Below are positions 1-7,757 of a stretch of 32,000 nt of DNA, piece after piece; within the stretch, counting starts at the first letter, position 1; each line of letters begins with the position of its first letter. Origin of the DNA: Mycolicibacterium smegmatis. Its GTDB lineage: Bacteria > Actinomycetota > Actinomycetes > Mycobacteriales > Mycobacteriaceae. The stretch spans positions 750,001-782,000 of the forward strand of contig NZ_LN831039.1 of assembly GCF_001457595.1 (NCBI RefSeq), written 5' to 3'. The notes beneath the pieces were generated by a model that was given only the letters and a program-made list of their open reading frames with translations, was not told the DNA's origin and did no database searches. Position numbers and translations under genes: made by a program.

Positions 1-109
1 GTTGGTCCAACCGGGGGCTGCTCACGTCGGTATGGCCGTAGGCGCCCAGATACCGCCCCAGGTCGTGCCAGTGCACGATCAGCAGGTTCTGCCGTTGCGG
101 CTCGGTCAC
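1..109 (-). CDS. Sulfatase / alkaline-phosphatase-superfamily protein, N-terminal fragment (continues beyond left edge)
   Basis: Reverse-strand translation from GTG at 109 reads VTEPQRQNLLIVHWHDLGRYLGAYGHTDVSSPRLDQ. This resembles the N-terminal strand and metal-site region of sulfatases (xNLLxIxxDDLGxxxLGxYG...P.LD). It is too short to appear in the ORF track. Codon third positions are G/C rich. Confidence 0.5.
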   Translation of the reverse strand, partial: MTEPQRQNLLIVHWHDLGRYLGAYGHTDVSSPRLDQ

Positions 110-193
110 GTCGCATCCTTTCCGTCCTCGAGACGACCGAACAGCCTCGGCCGCGTTCCCGCAACCGTTTGGCTCATCGAGAGCAACTCATCC

Positions 194-688
194 TTACGGG
201 TGGTACTGCACGCCGACGGCCCGGAACACGTACTCGGGACCGACGTCGAACGCGAGCGACCGCCGCGGCAGGCGCGCCAGGACGTCCTCGGGTATGGCGA
301 CCTTGTAGTGCAGGGACAGATGTCCTTCGAAATGCCCGTAGCGGTGGCCGTCGACCCGGGCCAGATCGGCCTCGATCACCAGGCCATGGGCGGACAGTTC
401 GGCGGTCACCGCCCCGTTCTGCGGTGCCGACCACGGCTGGTCGACGGTGCGGCCCGCCAGCTTGGGCAGGGTCGCCAGGGTCGCCAGCGCGCGTTGTTCG
501 GTGAGCATCACCGAGCCGGCGTAGCTGGAAACGCTGTTCGCGGCGCGTTTGCCCGGGATGGCGCCGCTGAACCGCCTGGTCACCGGGACGTACTCGGCCA
601 GGAACAGCACGCCTTCGGCCTCGGCCTCCGCACGCAGGGCATCGGGCAGTTCACCGATGCGCAAGAGCTTTCGCAGGAACAGTGCCAC
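194..688 (-). CDS. Conserved hypothetical protein (164 aa)
   Basis: ORF 194..688(-) with a GTG start. Third codon positions are strongly G/C (checked by hand over the last ~18 codons), unlike the overlapping + frame ORF 2..745. I recognise no motif. Confidence 0.65.
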   Translation of the reverse strand: MALFLRKLLRIGELPDALRAEAEAEGVLFLAEYVPVTRRFSGAIPGKRAANSVSSYAGSVMLTEQRALATLATLPKLAGRTVDQPWSAPQNGAVTAELSAHGLVIEADLARVDGHRYGHFEGHLSLHYKVAIPEDVLARLPRRSLAFDVGPEYVFRAVGVQYHP

Positions 689-725
689 CCCTGCACGGTA
701 GCTCGCCGCGACGTGTCACCGGGCG

Positions 726-1427
726 GTGCCACGTGTGGCTGGTAGAGATGGTCGGGTGGAGAGAACCCGCGGGTTGCTGATCGCGTCGGCGCTGGTGGCT
801 GTCGCGGTGTATGCGCTCATGTGGATCGGGTACCGGTCGGGATGGCCGTGGCTGGTCTCGTTCGACGACGCCGGGCTGGATCCGGCGTTCCGCTTCGGCA
901 CCGAGCACCCGGCCTGGGTGACGGCCTGGAATGTGTTCTGCACCGTGCTGGGGCCGTACTCGTTTCGCGCGGTGTTCGCGGTCTTCATCGTCGTGGCACT
1001 CATAAGGCGGCACTTCCGGCCCGCGGTGTTCGCCCTGTTGTCGGTCGAGCTGAGCGGATTGGTGACGCAGCTGGCGAAGCTGGCGTCCGACCGTCCGCGC
1101 CCGCCCACCGCGCTCGTGTACGCGTCGTGGACGTCGTTTCCGTCCGGTCATGCGCTCGGGGTGATGGTGTGCGTGCCGGCCCTGCTCGCGCTCGTGTGGC
1201 CGCTGCTGCGCGGCGCGTGGCGCGGCTGGGCGGTGGCCGCGGGCGCGCTGGTCATCGTCGCCATCGGTGTGGGGCGCGTGGTGCTCAACGTGCACCACCC
1301 GTCCGATGTCGTCGCGGGCTGGGCGCTGGGCTACGCGTTCTTCGTGGTGTGCCTGCTGCTCGCGCCGCCGTATCCCGACGTCAGGGCAAGGGGCGAAATA
1401 CCGGAAGTGCGCGGTATCGCGACGTGA
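726..1427 (+). CDS. PAP2-family (type 2 phosphatidic acid / undecaprenyl-PP-like) membrane phosphatase
   Basis: All three PAP2 motifs are present in order: KLASDRPRP (KxxxxxxRP), PSGHA (PSGH) and GRVVLNVHHPSDV (SRxxxxxHxxxD-like). There are several hydrophobic helices. The start is uncertain: GTG at 726, with in-frame GTGs at 735 and 756. Confidence 0.85.
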   Translation: MPRVAGRDGRVERTRGLLIASALVAVAVYALMWIGYRSGWPWLVSFDDAGLDPAFRFGTEHPAWVTAWNVFCTVLGPYSFRAVFAVFIVVALIRRHFRPAVFALLSVELSGLVTQLAKLASDRPRPPTALVYASWTSFPSGHALGVMVCVPALLALVWPLLRGAWRGWAVAAGALVIVAIGVGRVVLNVHHPSDVVAGWALGYAFFVVCLLLAPPYPDVRARGEIPEVRGIAT

Positions 1428-2844
1428 ACGTCGCCTCGGTGTAGGGCTCGCCGACCTCGCCGTCGTGCGCCAGCACCGTCGGCCCGTCGACGGTCTCGAA
1501 GTGGAACTGCGGCACCTGCATCTCGTGGTAGAGCGGGCTGCGTTCGAGCCGGCCCAGCAGCATCGAGGTCGCGATGCGCAGCCGCCCGAACCGTTTGCCC
1601 GTCTCGAGGATCCGGACGTCGATGAGGCCGTCGTCCATGCGCGGCCGCAACGACGGCGCGAAACCGGACGGGAAGTACACCGAGTTGCCCAGGAAGAACA
1701 GCGAGGTCTCGACGGTCTTGTCGTCGTAGGTGATGCGCACCGGTTCGTCGCGGCGCAGCGTGAGGTACAGCGCGTACGCGGCCGCGACGCGCTTGCCCAG
1801 GCGGTGCTCGAGCTTCTCGCGGATCCGCACGAACTTGGGGTAGGCGCCGATGCTGGCGGTGTTGAGCACCATGTGCTTGTCGTTGAGGCACACCAGGTCC
1901 ACGTATGCCGCACTGCCCTGCCGGATGGCCTCGACCGTGCGGGCCACGGTGTCGCAGCCGATGTCCTTCGCGAAGTGGTTGAATGTGCCGCCCGGGAACA
2001 CCGCGAGCGGCAGGCCGGCCTCCACCGCGATGCCCGCGGCGCACGCCACGGTGCCGTCGCCGCCACCCACGGCGAGGACCTCGCAGCGCGACGCGGCCTC
2101 GCGCAGCACCTCCTCGATGTCGTCGTCCTCGTCGAGCTCGACGACCTCGGCCTGGGGCAGTGCCTCGCGCACCTCCTCGACGACGCGCGCGCCGGTACCG
2201 CTGCCCGAGGCCGGGTTGATCACCAGCGTGACGCCCGACCCTTCCGGTCGGGGTGCGGTCTTGTACCGCAGCGGCTCCGATGTGGGCAGGCTCGCGGCGG
2301 GGATGGTCGGCACGATGCGGGCGCCGAGGATCGCGATGGTGGCGCCGATACCGAATCCGGCGAACACGTCACCCGGATAGTGCGCACCGGTCGCGACCCG
2401 CGACAGGCCGACGAGTCCGGCGAGCAATGCGAGCGGAAGGCCGATCGGGGCGGATTCGAGGCCGACGCCGACCGCGAAGGCCGCCGCGCTCGAGGAGTGC
2501 CCCGACGGCAGGGAATGCGACGTGGGGACGCGACGGGTCTGCCGGATCAGCGGGATGATGCTGCGGTCGGGGCGCGGCCTGCGCCAGATGCGCTTGGCGA
2601 TCTGATTGGTCACCAGGCTCGTGACCGCGAGGCTCGCGATGCCGCGTACCGCGCCGCGCCGAGCCGAGTTCCCGCCGACCGCGCCGAGGCCGGCGGCGAT
2701 GACGAACCAGAGCTTCGAGTGGTCGGCGGCCCTGGTCAACTTCGGCATGAGGGAGTCGAGCAGTGGGCTGGGGGATTCGGCGACCGCCTCGAACACTTCA
2801 CGGTCGAGTGTGCCGAGTCCACGGCCGATCTTTGGCACGTCCAT
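1381..2844 (-). CDS. Bifunctional PAP2 phosphatase / diacylglycerol-kinase-family (DAGK_cat) lipid kinase fusion
   Basis: ATG at 2844. The N-terminal half has PAP2 motifs KRIWRRPRP, LPSGHS and SRVATGAHYPGDV within TM helices. The C-terminal half has DAGK/LCB5 catalytic-domain signatures: VTLVINPASGSG, VLAVGGGDGTV (GGDGT) and PGGTFNHFAKD. Its 3' end overlaps the previous gene by 47 nt. Confidence 0.9.
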   Translation of the reverse strand: MDVPKIGRGLGTLDREVFEAVAESPSPLLDSLMPKLTRAADHSKLWFVIAAGLGAVGGNSARRGAVRGIASLAVTSLVTNQIAKRIWRRPRPDRSIIPLIRQTRRVPTSHSLPSGHSSSAAAFAVGVGLESAPIGLPLALLAGLVGLSRVATGAHYPGDVFAGFGIGATIAILGARIVPTIPAASLPTSEPLRYKTAPRPEGSGVTLVINPASGSGTGARVVEEVREALPQAEVVELDEDDDIEEVLREAASRCEVLAVGGGDGTVACAAGIAVEAGLPLAVFPGGTFNHFAKDIGCDTVARTVEAIRQGSAAYVDLVCLNDKHMVLNTASIGAYPKFVRIREKLEHRLGKRVAAAYALYLTLRRDEPVRITYDDKTVETSLFFLGNSVYFPSGFAPSLRPRMDDGLIDVRILETGKRFGRLRIATSMLLGRLERSPLYHEMQVPQFHFETVDGPTVLAHDGEVGEPYTEATFTSRYRALPVFRPLP

Positions 2845-2923
2845 GAACCCAACCTATCCGCCCGGAACCGGATCGTGTCTGAACAGTTACGTGGCGTATA
2901 GGTGTGCCCCCGACTATGGACGG

Positions 2924-3577
2924 GTGCGCCGACTACTCGTATCGCTGTGCGTGGCGGCCGTGGCACTGGCGTGCGCACCGAGCGCGGCAGCCGTGGAGAA
3001 CCCGTGGTTCGCGCGATCGGTCGGCACTGCCACCCAGGTGATTTCCGTTGTGGGCGTGGGTGGTTCGAAGGCCAAGATGGATGTCTACCAGCGCACCGCG
3101 GCAGGCTGGCAGCCCGTGGGCGTAGGCATCGAAGCCTGGATCGGCGCCAACGGGATGGCCCCGCAGACCCACGACGGCGAGATGAAGACGCCGATGGGCA
3201 TCTTCACGCTCGACTTCGCGTTCGGGACCGCGCCGAATCCCGGTGGCGGGCTGAAATATGTGCAGGTGGGCCCGGACCACTGGTGGGACGGCGACATGAA
3301 GAGCCCCACCTACAACACCATGCAGGTGTGCAAGAAGGCACAGTGCCCGTTCGACACCGACCCCCGCAGCGGCACCGAGAATCTGAACATCCCGCAGTAC
3401 CGGCATGCCGTGGTGATGGGCGTGAACAAGGCCAGGGTGCCGGGCAACGGCGGAGCCTTCTTCGTGCACAACACCGACGGCGGGCCGACCGCGGGATGTG
3501 TGGCCATCGACGACGCGACGCTGGTACAGATCATCCGCTGGTTGCGGCCGGGCGCGCTGATCGCGGTGGCGAAGTAG
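2924..3577 (+). CDS. Exported YkuD-type L,D-transpeptidase-fold protein
   Basis: In-frame GTG at 2924 gives a signal peptide VRRLLVSLCVAAVALACAPSAAA|VE. The C-terminal FFVHNTDGGPTAGCVAIDD matches the YkuD catalytic H...(S/T)xGC(V/I) motif. The upstream part of ORF 2606..3577 overlaps the DAGK gene and is treated as non-coding. Confidence 0.8.
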   Translation: MRRLLVSLCVAAVALACAPSAAAVENPWFARSVGTATQVISVVGVGGSKAKMDVYQRTAAGWQPVGVGIEAWIGANGMAPQTHDGEMKTPMGIFTLDFAFGTAPNPGGGLKYVQVGPDHWWDGDMKSPTYNTMQVCKKAQCPFDTDPRSGTENLNIPQYRHAVVMGVNKARVPGNGGAFFVHNTDGGPTAGCVAIDDATLVQIIRWLRPGALIAVAK

Positions 3578-3582
3578 CGACG

Positions 3583-4068
3583 TCAGATATGCAGTGCGGC
3601 ACCCGGTTTCAGGTGGAAGTTCAAGTTCTCCAGTGACATGGTGGCGTCATAGGTGCGGTCGTAGCCGGTGGCGCTGATCTTCCAGCCGTCGGAGGTGCGG
3701 CGGTAGGTGTCGCGGTAGAAGGCCGCGCCGATCAGCATGAAGTTGAAGTCGGGCGCGATCACGCGGTCCTGCAGGTACCAGGTCCCCGTGGCCTCATCAC
3801 CGTCGACGGTGATCTCGGGATGGGCGACGCGGTGCTCGGTGATGATCGACGGCCCCAGCGACTGGCGCATGTAGTCCACGAGCGCCGCGCGATCGGTGAA
3901 GTGCAGCGCCTCGCCGAGGGACTGGCCGTAGTCGCCCCGTACGTCCTCGGTGAGCGTGTCGGCGAACTCGTCCCAGTTCTTGGTGTCCAGCGCGCGCAGG
4001 TACCGGTACTTGACCCGCTCGATGTCCTTTATGTCGATGTCGTCATTGACTCGGAGGTTGTCACCCAT
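3583..4068 (-). CDS. SnoaL-like / NTF2-fold protein
   Basis: ATG at 4068. The 161-aa protein has the typical SnoaL_4 start (IERVKYRYLRALDTKNWDEFADTLTEDV) and a C-terminal YRDTYRRTSDGWKI strand pattern. It lies 28 nt downstream of the FAD/Rieske gene on the same strand, so it is probably co-transcribed. Confidence 0.75.
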   Translation of the reverse strand: MGDNLRVNDDIDIKDIERVKYRYLRALDTKNWDEFADTLTEDVRGDYGQSLGEALHFTDRAALVDYMRQSLGPSIITEHRVAHPEITVDGDEATGTWYLQDRVIAPDFNFMLIGAAFYRDTYRRTSDGWKISATGYDRTYDATMSLENLNFHLKPGAALHI

Positions 4069-4096
4069 GCCCGATATTGCAGCACATGAGCAGGCG

Positions 4097-5608
4097 TCAC
4101 GGTGCGGGTGTCAGGCCATGGGTGGCCGGGCCCTCCAGAAGGGTGCCGTCGGGCGCGAACCGTGACCCGTGCAGCGGGCACTCCCACGCCTCGTCGGAAT
4201 CGTTCCACTCGACGATGCCGCCGAGGTGCGGGCACACGGGGGACACGCGGCGTTCGACGCCGTCGACGACGCTGCAGGCCTCCATGCGCCACGGCGGGCC
4301 TGCGACCACACCGCCGTCGTCAGGGACGCCGTCGCCCCTACGCAGTATCGGGGTGACCCACCCCTTGGCCATGTTGAACCCCACCTCGAGGTTGACCTTC
4401 AAGGCCGTCGGGATCCCGGACAGCTCATGCGGACTCCAACTGTCGAACGCCTGGGACCAGTCCATCCGGCCGCCCAGGATCCGGCTCGACAACGCGAGCG
4501 CCGCTGCGGTGCCGTTGGTCATGCCCCACTTGTCGAAACCTGTTGCCACAAAGACTTTTTCGTTGCCCGGCAGGAGCGGGCCCACGTAGGGAAGCTCGTC
4601 GACGGGCGTGTAGTCCTGCGCCGACCAGTAGTGCGTCTGGATCGCACCGGGCCAGTGCACCTTGGCCCACGACGCGAGTTCGTCGACGTCGTCGGACGGA
4701 TGCGAGCGGCGGCCCACGGTATGTCCGGCCCCGCCCACGATCAGCCGGTCCCCGTCGGCGGTGGGGGCGTAACGCACCGAGCGGGTGGGGGAATCGGTCG
4801 AGATGTACATGCCGCGCGTCGCCGCACCCGGAACCCGGAACGCCAGGCAGTACGAGCGGTGCGGCGACAACCGGGCGAAGAAGCCGCCACGGTCGAGAAT
4901 CGGTATCCCCGTGGCCAGTACGCACTGTCCGGCGCGCACGTCCAACTCGGTTCCGGTGTGGCTGCGCACCTTGATCTTCAGACCCGACGAGTCCTGCGAC
5001 ACGCCCAGCACGCGGGTGCCTTCCACGAGCCTGCCGTTACGCTCGTCGAGTTCGACGATGAGCTTGTCCAGCAAGGGCATCGGATCGAACTGGGCCTGAT
5101 CGGGCAACCGGACGCCGCCCGCGAACGGGAACGGGACGTCGGCTGCGTCGACCCAGTCGGCGTCGAGTCCCACCTCGCGGCACGCGTCGTACTCGGCGCG
5201 TGCCGACGCGATGCCCTTCTCGGATTGTGCGTAGGTGTAGGCGTCCTCACGCTGCAGCGACAGGCCGTTGGCATCGCAGTACCCGGCCAGCCACTCCTGG
5301 CCCTCGAGGTTCCCCTGCACGTACTGCCCGGCGACCTTGGCCCCGTGCTTGCGAAGGATCTTCGACATCTTGGTGCCCTGCAGCAGGCTGATCTTGGCGG
5401 TGGTGTTCCCGGTCGCGCCTGCGCCTGCCGTGTACGCCTCCAGCACCAGTACGTCTTTACCCGCGCGGGCCAGCAGCACGGCCGTGATCAGGCCCGTGAT
5501 TCCCGCTCCGACCACGACGACGTCGGCTGTGCAGTTGGTTTCGTCCAGGTACGGAGGTGTGGGTCGCTCGGCACGGCCGGCGAGCCACAGGGATGTTGCG
5601 GAGGTCAT
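4097..5608 (-). CDS. FAD-dependent (DAO-family) oxidoreductase fused to a C-terminal Rieske [2Fe-2S] domain
   Basis: I chose the ATG at 5608 (MTSATSLW...). A dinucleotide fold DVVVVGAGITGLITAVLLARAG follows within 30 aa. The C-terminus has CPHLGG-x16-CPLHGSRF, a Rieske CxH...CxxH motif. The track ORF extends to 5887, but the extra 93 aa look like non-coding read-through. Confidence 0.85.
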   Translation of the reverse strand: MTSATSLWLAGRAERPTPPYLDETNCTADVVVVGAGITGLITAVLLARAGKDVLVLEAYTAGAGATGNTTAKISLLQGTKMSKILRKHGAKVAGQYVQGNLEGQEWLAGYCDANGLSLQREDAYTYAQSEKGIASARAEYDACREVGLDADWVDAADVPFPFAGGVRLPDQAQFDPMPLLDKLIVELDERNGRLVEGTRVLGVSQDSSGLKIKVRSHTGTELDVRAGQCVLATGIPILDRGGFFARLSPHRSYCLAFRVPGAATRGMYISTDSPTRSVRYAPTADGDRLIVGGAGHTVGRRSHPSDDVDELASWAKVHWPGAIQTHYWSAQDYTPVDELPYVGPLLPGNEKVFVATGFDKWGMTNGTAAALALSSRILGGRMDWSQAFDSWSPHELSGIPTALKVNLEVGFNMAKGWVTPILRRGDGVPDDGGVVAGPPWRMEACSVVDGVERRVSPVCPHLGGIVEWNDSDEAWECPLHGSRFAPDGTLLEGPATHGLTPAP

Positions 5609-5825
5609 GGCCTCCCTGTACCCGTCGTGACCGAATCGAAACGATCGCCCCGACACCTGCCGGATGTTTTCTGCGGCGTGACGATTCGGCGGCTCACCAG
5701 TGCGGACAGGCACCCTCCGAGGATTGCTGTGGCCAAAACCGAATCGGGCGAACGCCGTTGGACCCCGGGACGCGCGGAGTGTCAGATGGAACGTGGTCTC
5801 TGCTACGGCTAGGGTGGCCTGCGTT

Positions 5826-7757
5826 ATGAGCGACCCGTTGGGGTTGTCGATCGGGACCACCAACTTGGTTGCGGCGCGAGTCGGCAATCAGCCAGAGATC
5901 AGGCGTTCGGTGCTGACGTTGTCGGCAGACCGGACGCCGCAGGTCGGCGTGCCGGAATCCGGGGCAGGGGTGACCCTGGCCGGATTCGTCGAGCGTGTGG
6001 GTGACCCGGTGCCGCTCGTGGCGCCCGACGGTGCGTCCTATCCCGCAGACACCCTGCTGGTCGAGGCGCTCGACGCCATGGTGGAGGCGGCCGGCGGCCC
6101 GTCGCAGCAACTGGTGATCGCGGTTCCCGCGCACTGGGGACCCACGACGCTGCGGGCTCTGCGCAACGCGCTGCGGACCAACCCCAGCCTTTCGCACGGC
6201 GGTATGCCCGCACGCCTGGTACCCGACGCCGTGGCATCGCTGGCCGCGCTGCGGGTGAACCCGGGCCTGCCCACGGGCGGCGTGGTGGCGCTGGTGGATT
6301 TCGGTGGCAGCGGCACCAGCATCACGCTGGCCGACGCGGCCTCGGGTTTCGAACCGATCGACGAGACCACCCGCCACCCGGATTTCTCGGGGGACCAGAT
6401 CGACCAGGCCCTGCTGACGCACGTGCTCGACGGCATCGCCGAGGCCGGTGGGATCGACCCGGCAGGTACCGCAGCGGTCGGGTCGCTGGCCCGGCTGCGT
6501 GAGGAGTGTCGTGCGGCCAAGGAAAGGCTCTCGGCGCTGACCGCGACGGACCTCGCCGTGGAACTGCCGGGATACTCCGCCACGATCCGTGTGACCCGCG
6601 ACGAGCTCGAGACGTTGATGCGTCCGCCGTTGACCGGTGTGCTCGACACGCTCGACAATGCCCTGGAGCGCAACGGGTTCGACTGGTCGGCCGTCGCGGC
6701 TGTGGTGACGATCGGCGGCGGGGCGAGCATTCCCCTGGTCACCCAACAACTTTCGGAACATTCACGCGCCGTCGTGGTGACCACACCGCAGCCCGCGCTC
6801 GACGCGGCCGTCGGTGCGGCGCTGATCGCGGCAGGCGTCACGGCGTCCGCTGCGGCCGACGCGGAGGCGATGACCGGTGCCGCACCCACACTGGGTGTCG
6901 CGGCCGTGTCCGATACGACCGGGCCTGATGCAGCCACCGCGAGTGCACCCGCGGTCGGTGCGACCCCGGATCAAGAGGGCTCGTCCACATTCCGTGCGCT
7001 CGCGTGGTCGGAGGACGAACCGGCCGATGACGTGGTGCCCTACGCGGGACCCGATGTCGTGAATCCCTACGCCGCCAACCCCTACGCGAATCCCTACGCG
7101 GGTGACACTTCGGCGCGGCCCGCCGTGCAGTACGTGCCGCCCACGGGACCTGTCGAGGAGCCGGCGGGTGGATGGAAAAGGTTGCCGCTCACAGTCTTCG
7201 GCATCGCCGTTGCGGCTGTGCTGGTGGCCGTGGGAGGTGTCACGTATGCGCTCACCAGTTCGACCAGCAGCACCCCGACCACCGAGGTGCGTACCGCCGA
7301 ACCCAAACCCCTGACGCCGGAACCGGAACCCAGCGCGGTTGCCCCGCCGCCGGTGGCCGAGCCGCCGCCACCGGTCACCGAGGCGCCGCCTCCTCCGCCG
7401 CCGGTGACCATCACCGAGGTGGCGCCGCCGCCGCCGGTCACCGAGACACACGTCGTCACGCAGACCACGACGCCGCCCACCACGACGACCACCACAACCA
7501 CGTCGCCGACCACGACCGAGCCGACGACCACGACCACCACGCCGACCACCACCGAAACGACCACCACGACCACGACACCGACAACGACCACCAACCCGAT
7601 GACCACCACCTACATCACGGTGCCGTTCGTGCCGGTGCCGATCCCGATCCAGGTGCCGAGCCGGGAACAGCCGCAACCCCAGTACCCGCCGCAATATCCG
7701 CAGCAGTACCCCCAGAATCCGCAGTACCCGCAGAACCCGTTCCAGCCTTACCCCTGA
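5826..7757 (+). CDS. Hsp70/actin-fold ATPase-domain protein with one TM helix and a C-terminal Pro/Thr-rich region
   Basis: ATG at 5826 (MSDPLGLSIGTTNLVAARV). Hsp70-like phosphate-1, phosphate-2 (VALVDFGGSGTSITLAD) and adenosine (VVTIGGGASIPLV) motifs are present. The TM helix is LPLTVFGIAVAAVLVAVGGVTYAL. The tail runs PPPVTE...TTTTTTTT...QYPPQYPQQYPQNPQYP. Confidence 0.8.
   Translation: MSDPLGLSIGTTNLVAARVGNQPEIRRSVLTLSADRTPQVGVPESGAGVTLAGFVERVGDPVPLVAPDGASYPADTLLVEALDAMVEAAGGPSQQLVIAVPAHWGPTTLRALRNALRTNPSLSHGGMPARLVPDAVASLAALRVNPGLPTGGVVALVDFGGSGTSITLADAASGFEPIDETTRHPDFSGDQIDQALLTHVLDGIAEAGGIDPAGTAAVGSLARLREECRAAKERLSALTATDLAVELPGYSATIRVTRDELETLMRPPLTGVLDTLDNALERNGFDWSAVAAVVTIGGGASIPLVTQQLSEHSRAVVVTTPQPALDAAVGAALIAAGVTASAAADAEAMTGAAPTLGVAAVSDTTGPDAATASAPAVGATPDQEGSSTFRALAWSEDEPADDVVPYAGPDVVNPYAANPYANPYAGDTSARPAVQYVPPTGPVEEPAGGWKRLPLTVFGIAVAAVLVAVGGVTYALTSSTSSTPTTEVRTAEPKPLTPEPEPSAVAPPPVAEPPPPVTEAPPPPPPVTITEVAPPPPVTETHVVTQTTTPPTTTTTTTTSPTTTEPTTTTTTPTTTETTTTTTTPTTTTNPMTTTYITVPFVPVPIPIQVPSREQPQPQYPPQYPQQYPQNPQYPQNPFQPYP
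7260..7757 (+). repeat. Low-complexity codon-repeat DNA (ACC/ACG/CCG runs; Pro/Thr/Gln-Tyr-Pro repeats) inside the Hsp70-like CDS
   Basis: Visible runs such as accacgacgaccaccacaaccacg / accacgaccaccacgccgaccaccaccgaaacgaccaccacgaccacgaca. There are repeated gccgccgccggtcaccgag units and terminal cagtacccgc/cagaatccgcagtacccgcagaacccg units. These generate long spurious ORFs in four other frames. Confidence 0.8.

Noticed and set aside
651-2901. Long ORFs 651..2066(-) 471 aa and 1267..2901(+) 544 aa, plus several 100-240 aa ORFs overlapping the PAP2 genes
   Set aside because: They are out of frame or antisense to CDSs with clear PAP2 and DAGK motifs. Their translations are Arg/Ala/Gly/Pro/His-rich low-complexity strings typical of non-coding frames in high-GC DNA.
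4169-5887. ORF 4169..5812(+) 547 aa, and the 93-aa N-terminal extension of ORF 4097..5887(-)
   Set aside because: The + ORF is antisense to the FAD/Rieske gene and has no motifs. The extension lies upstream of an ATG that places the GxGxxG fold at the normal distance from the N-terminus, and it runs into the divergent promoter region.
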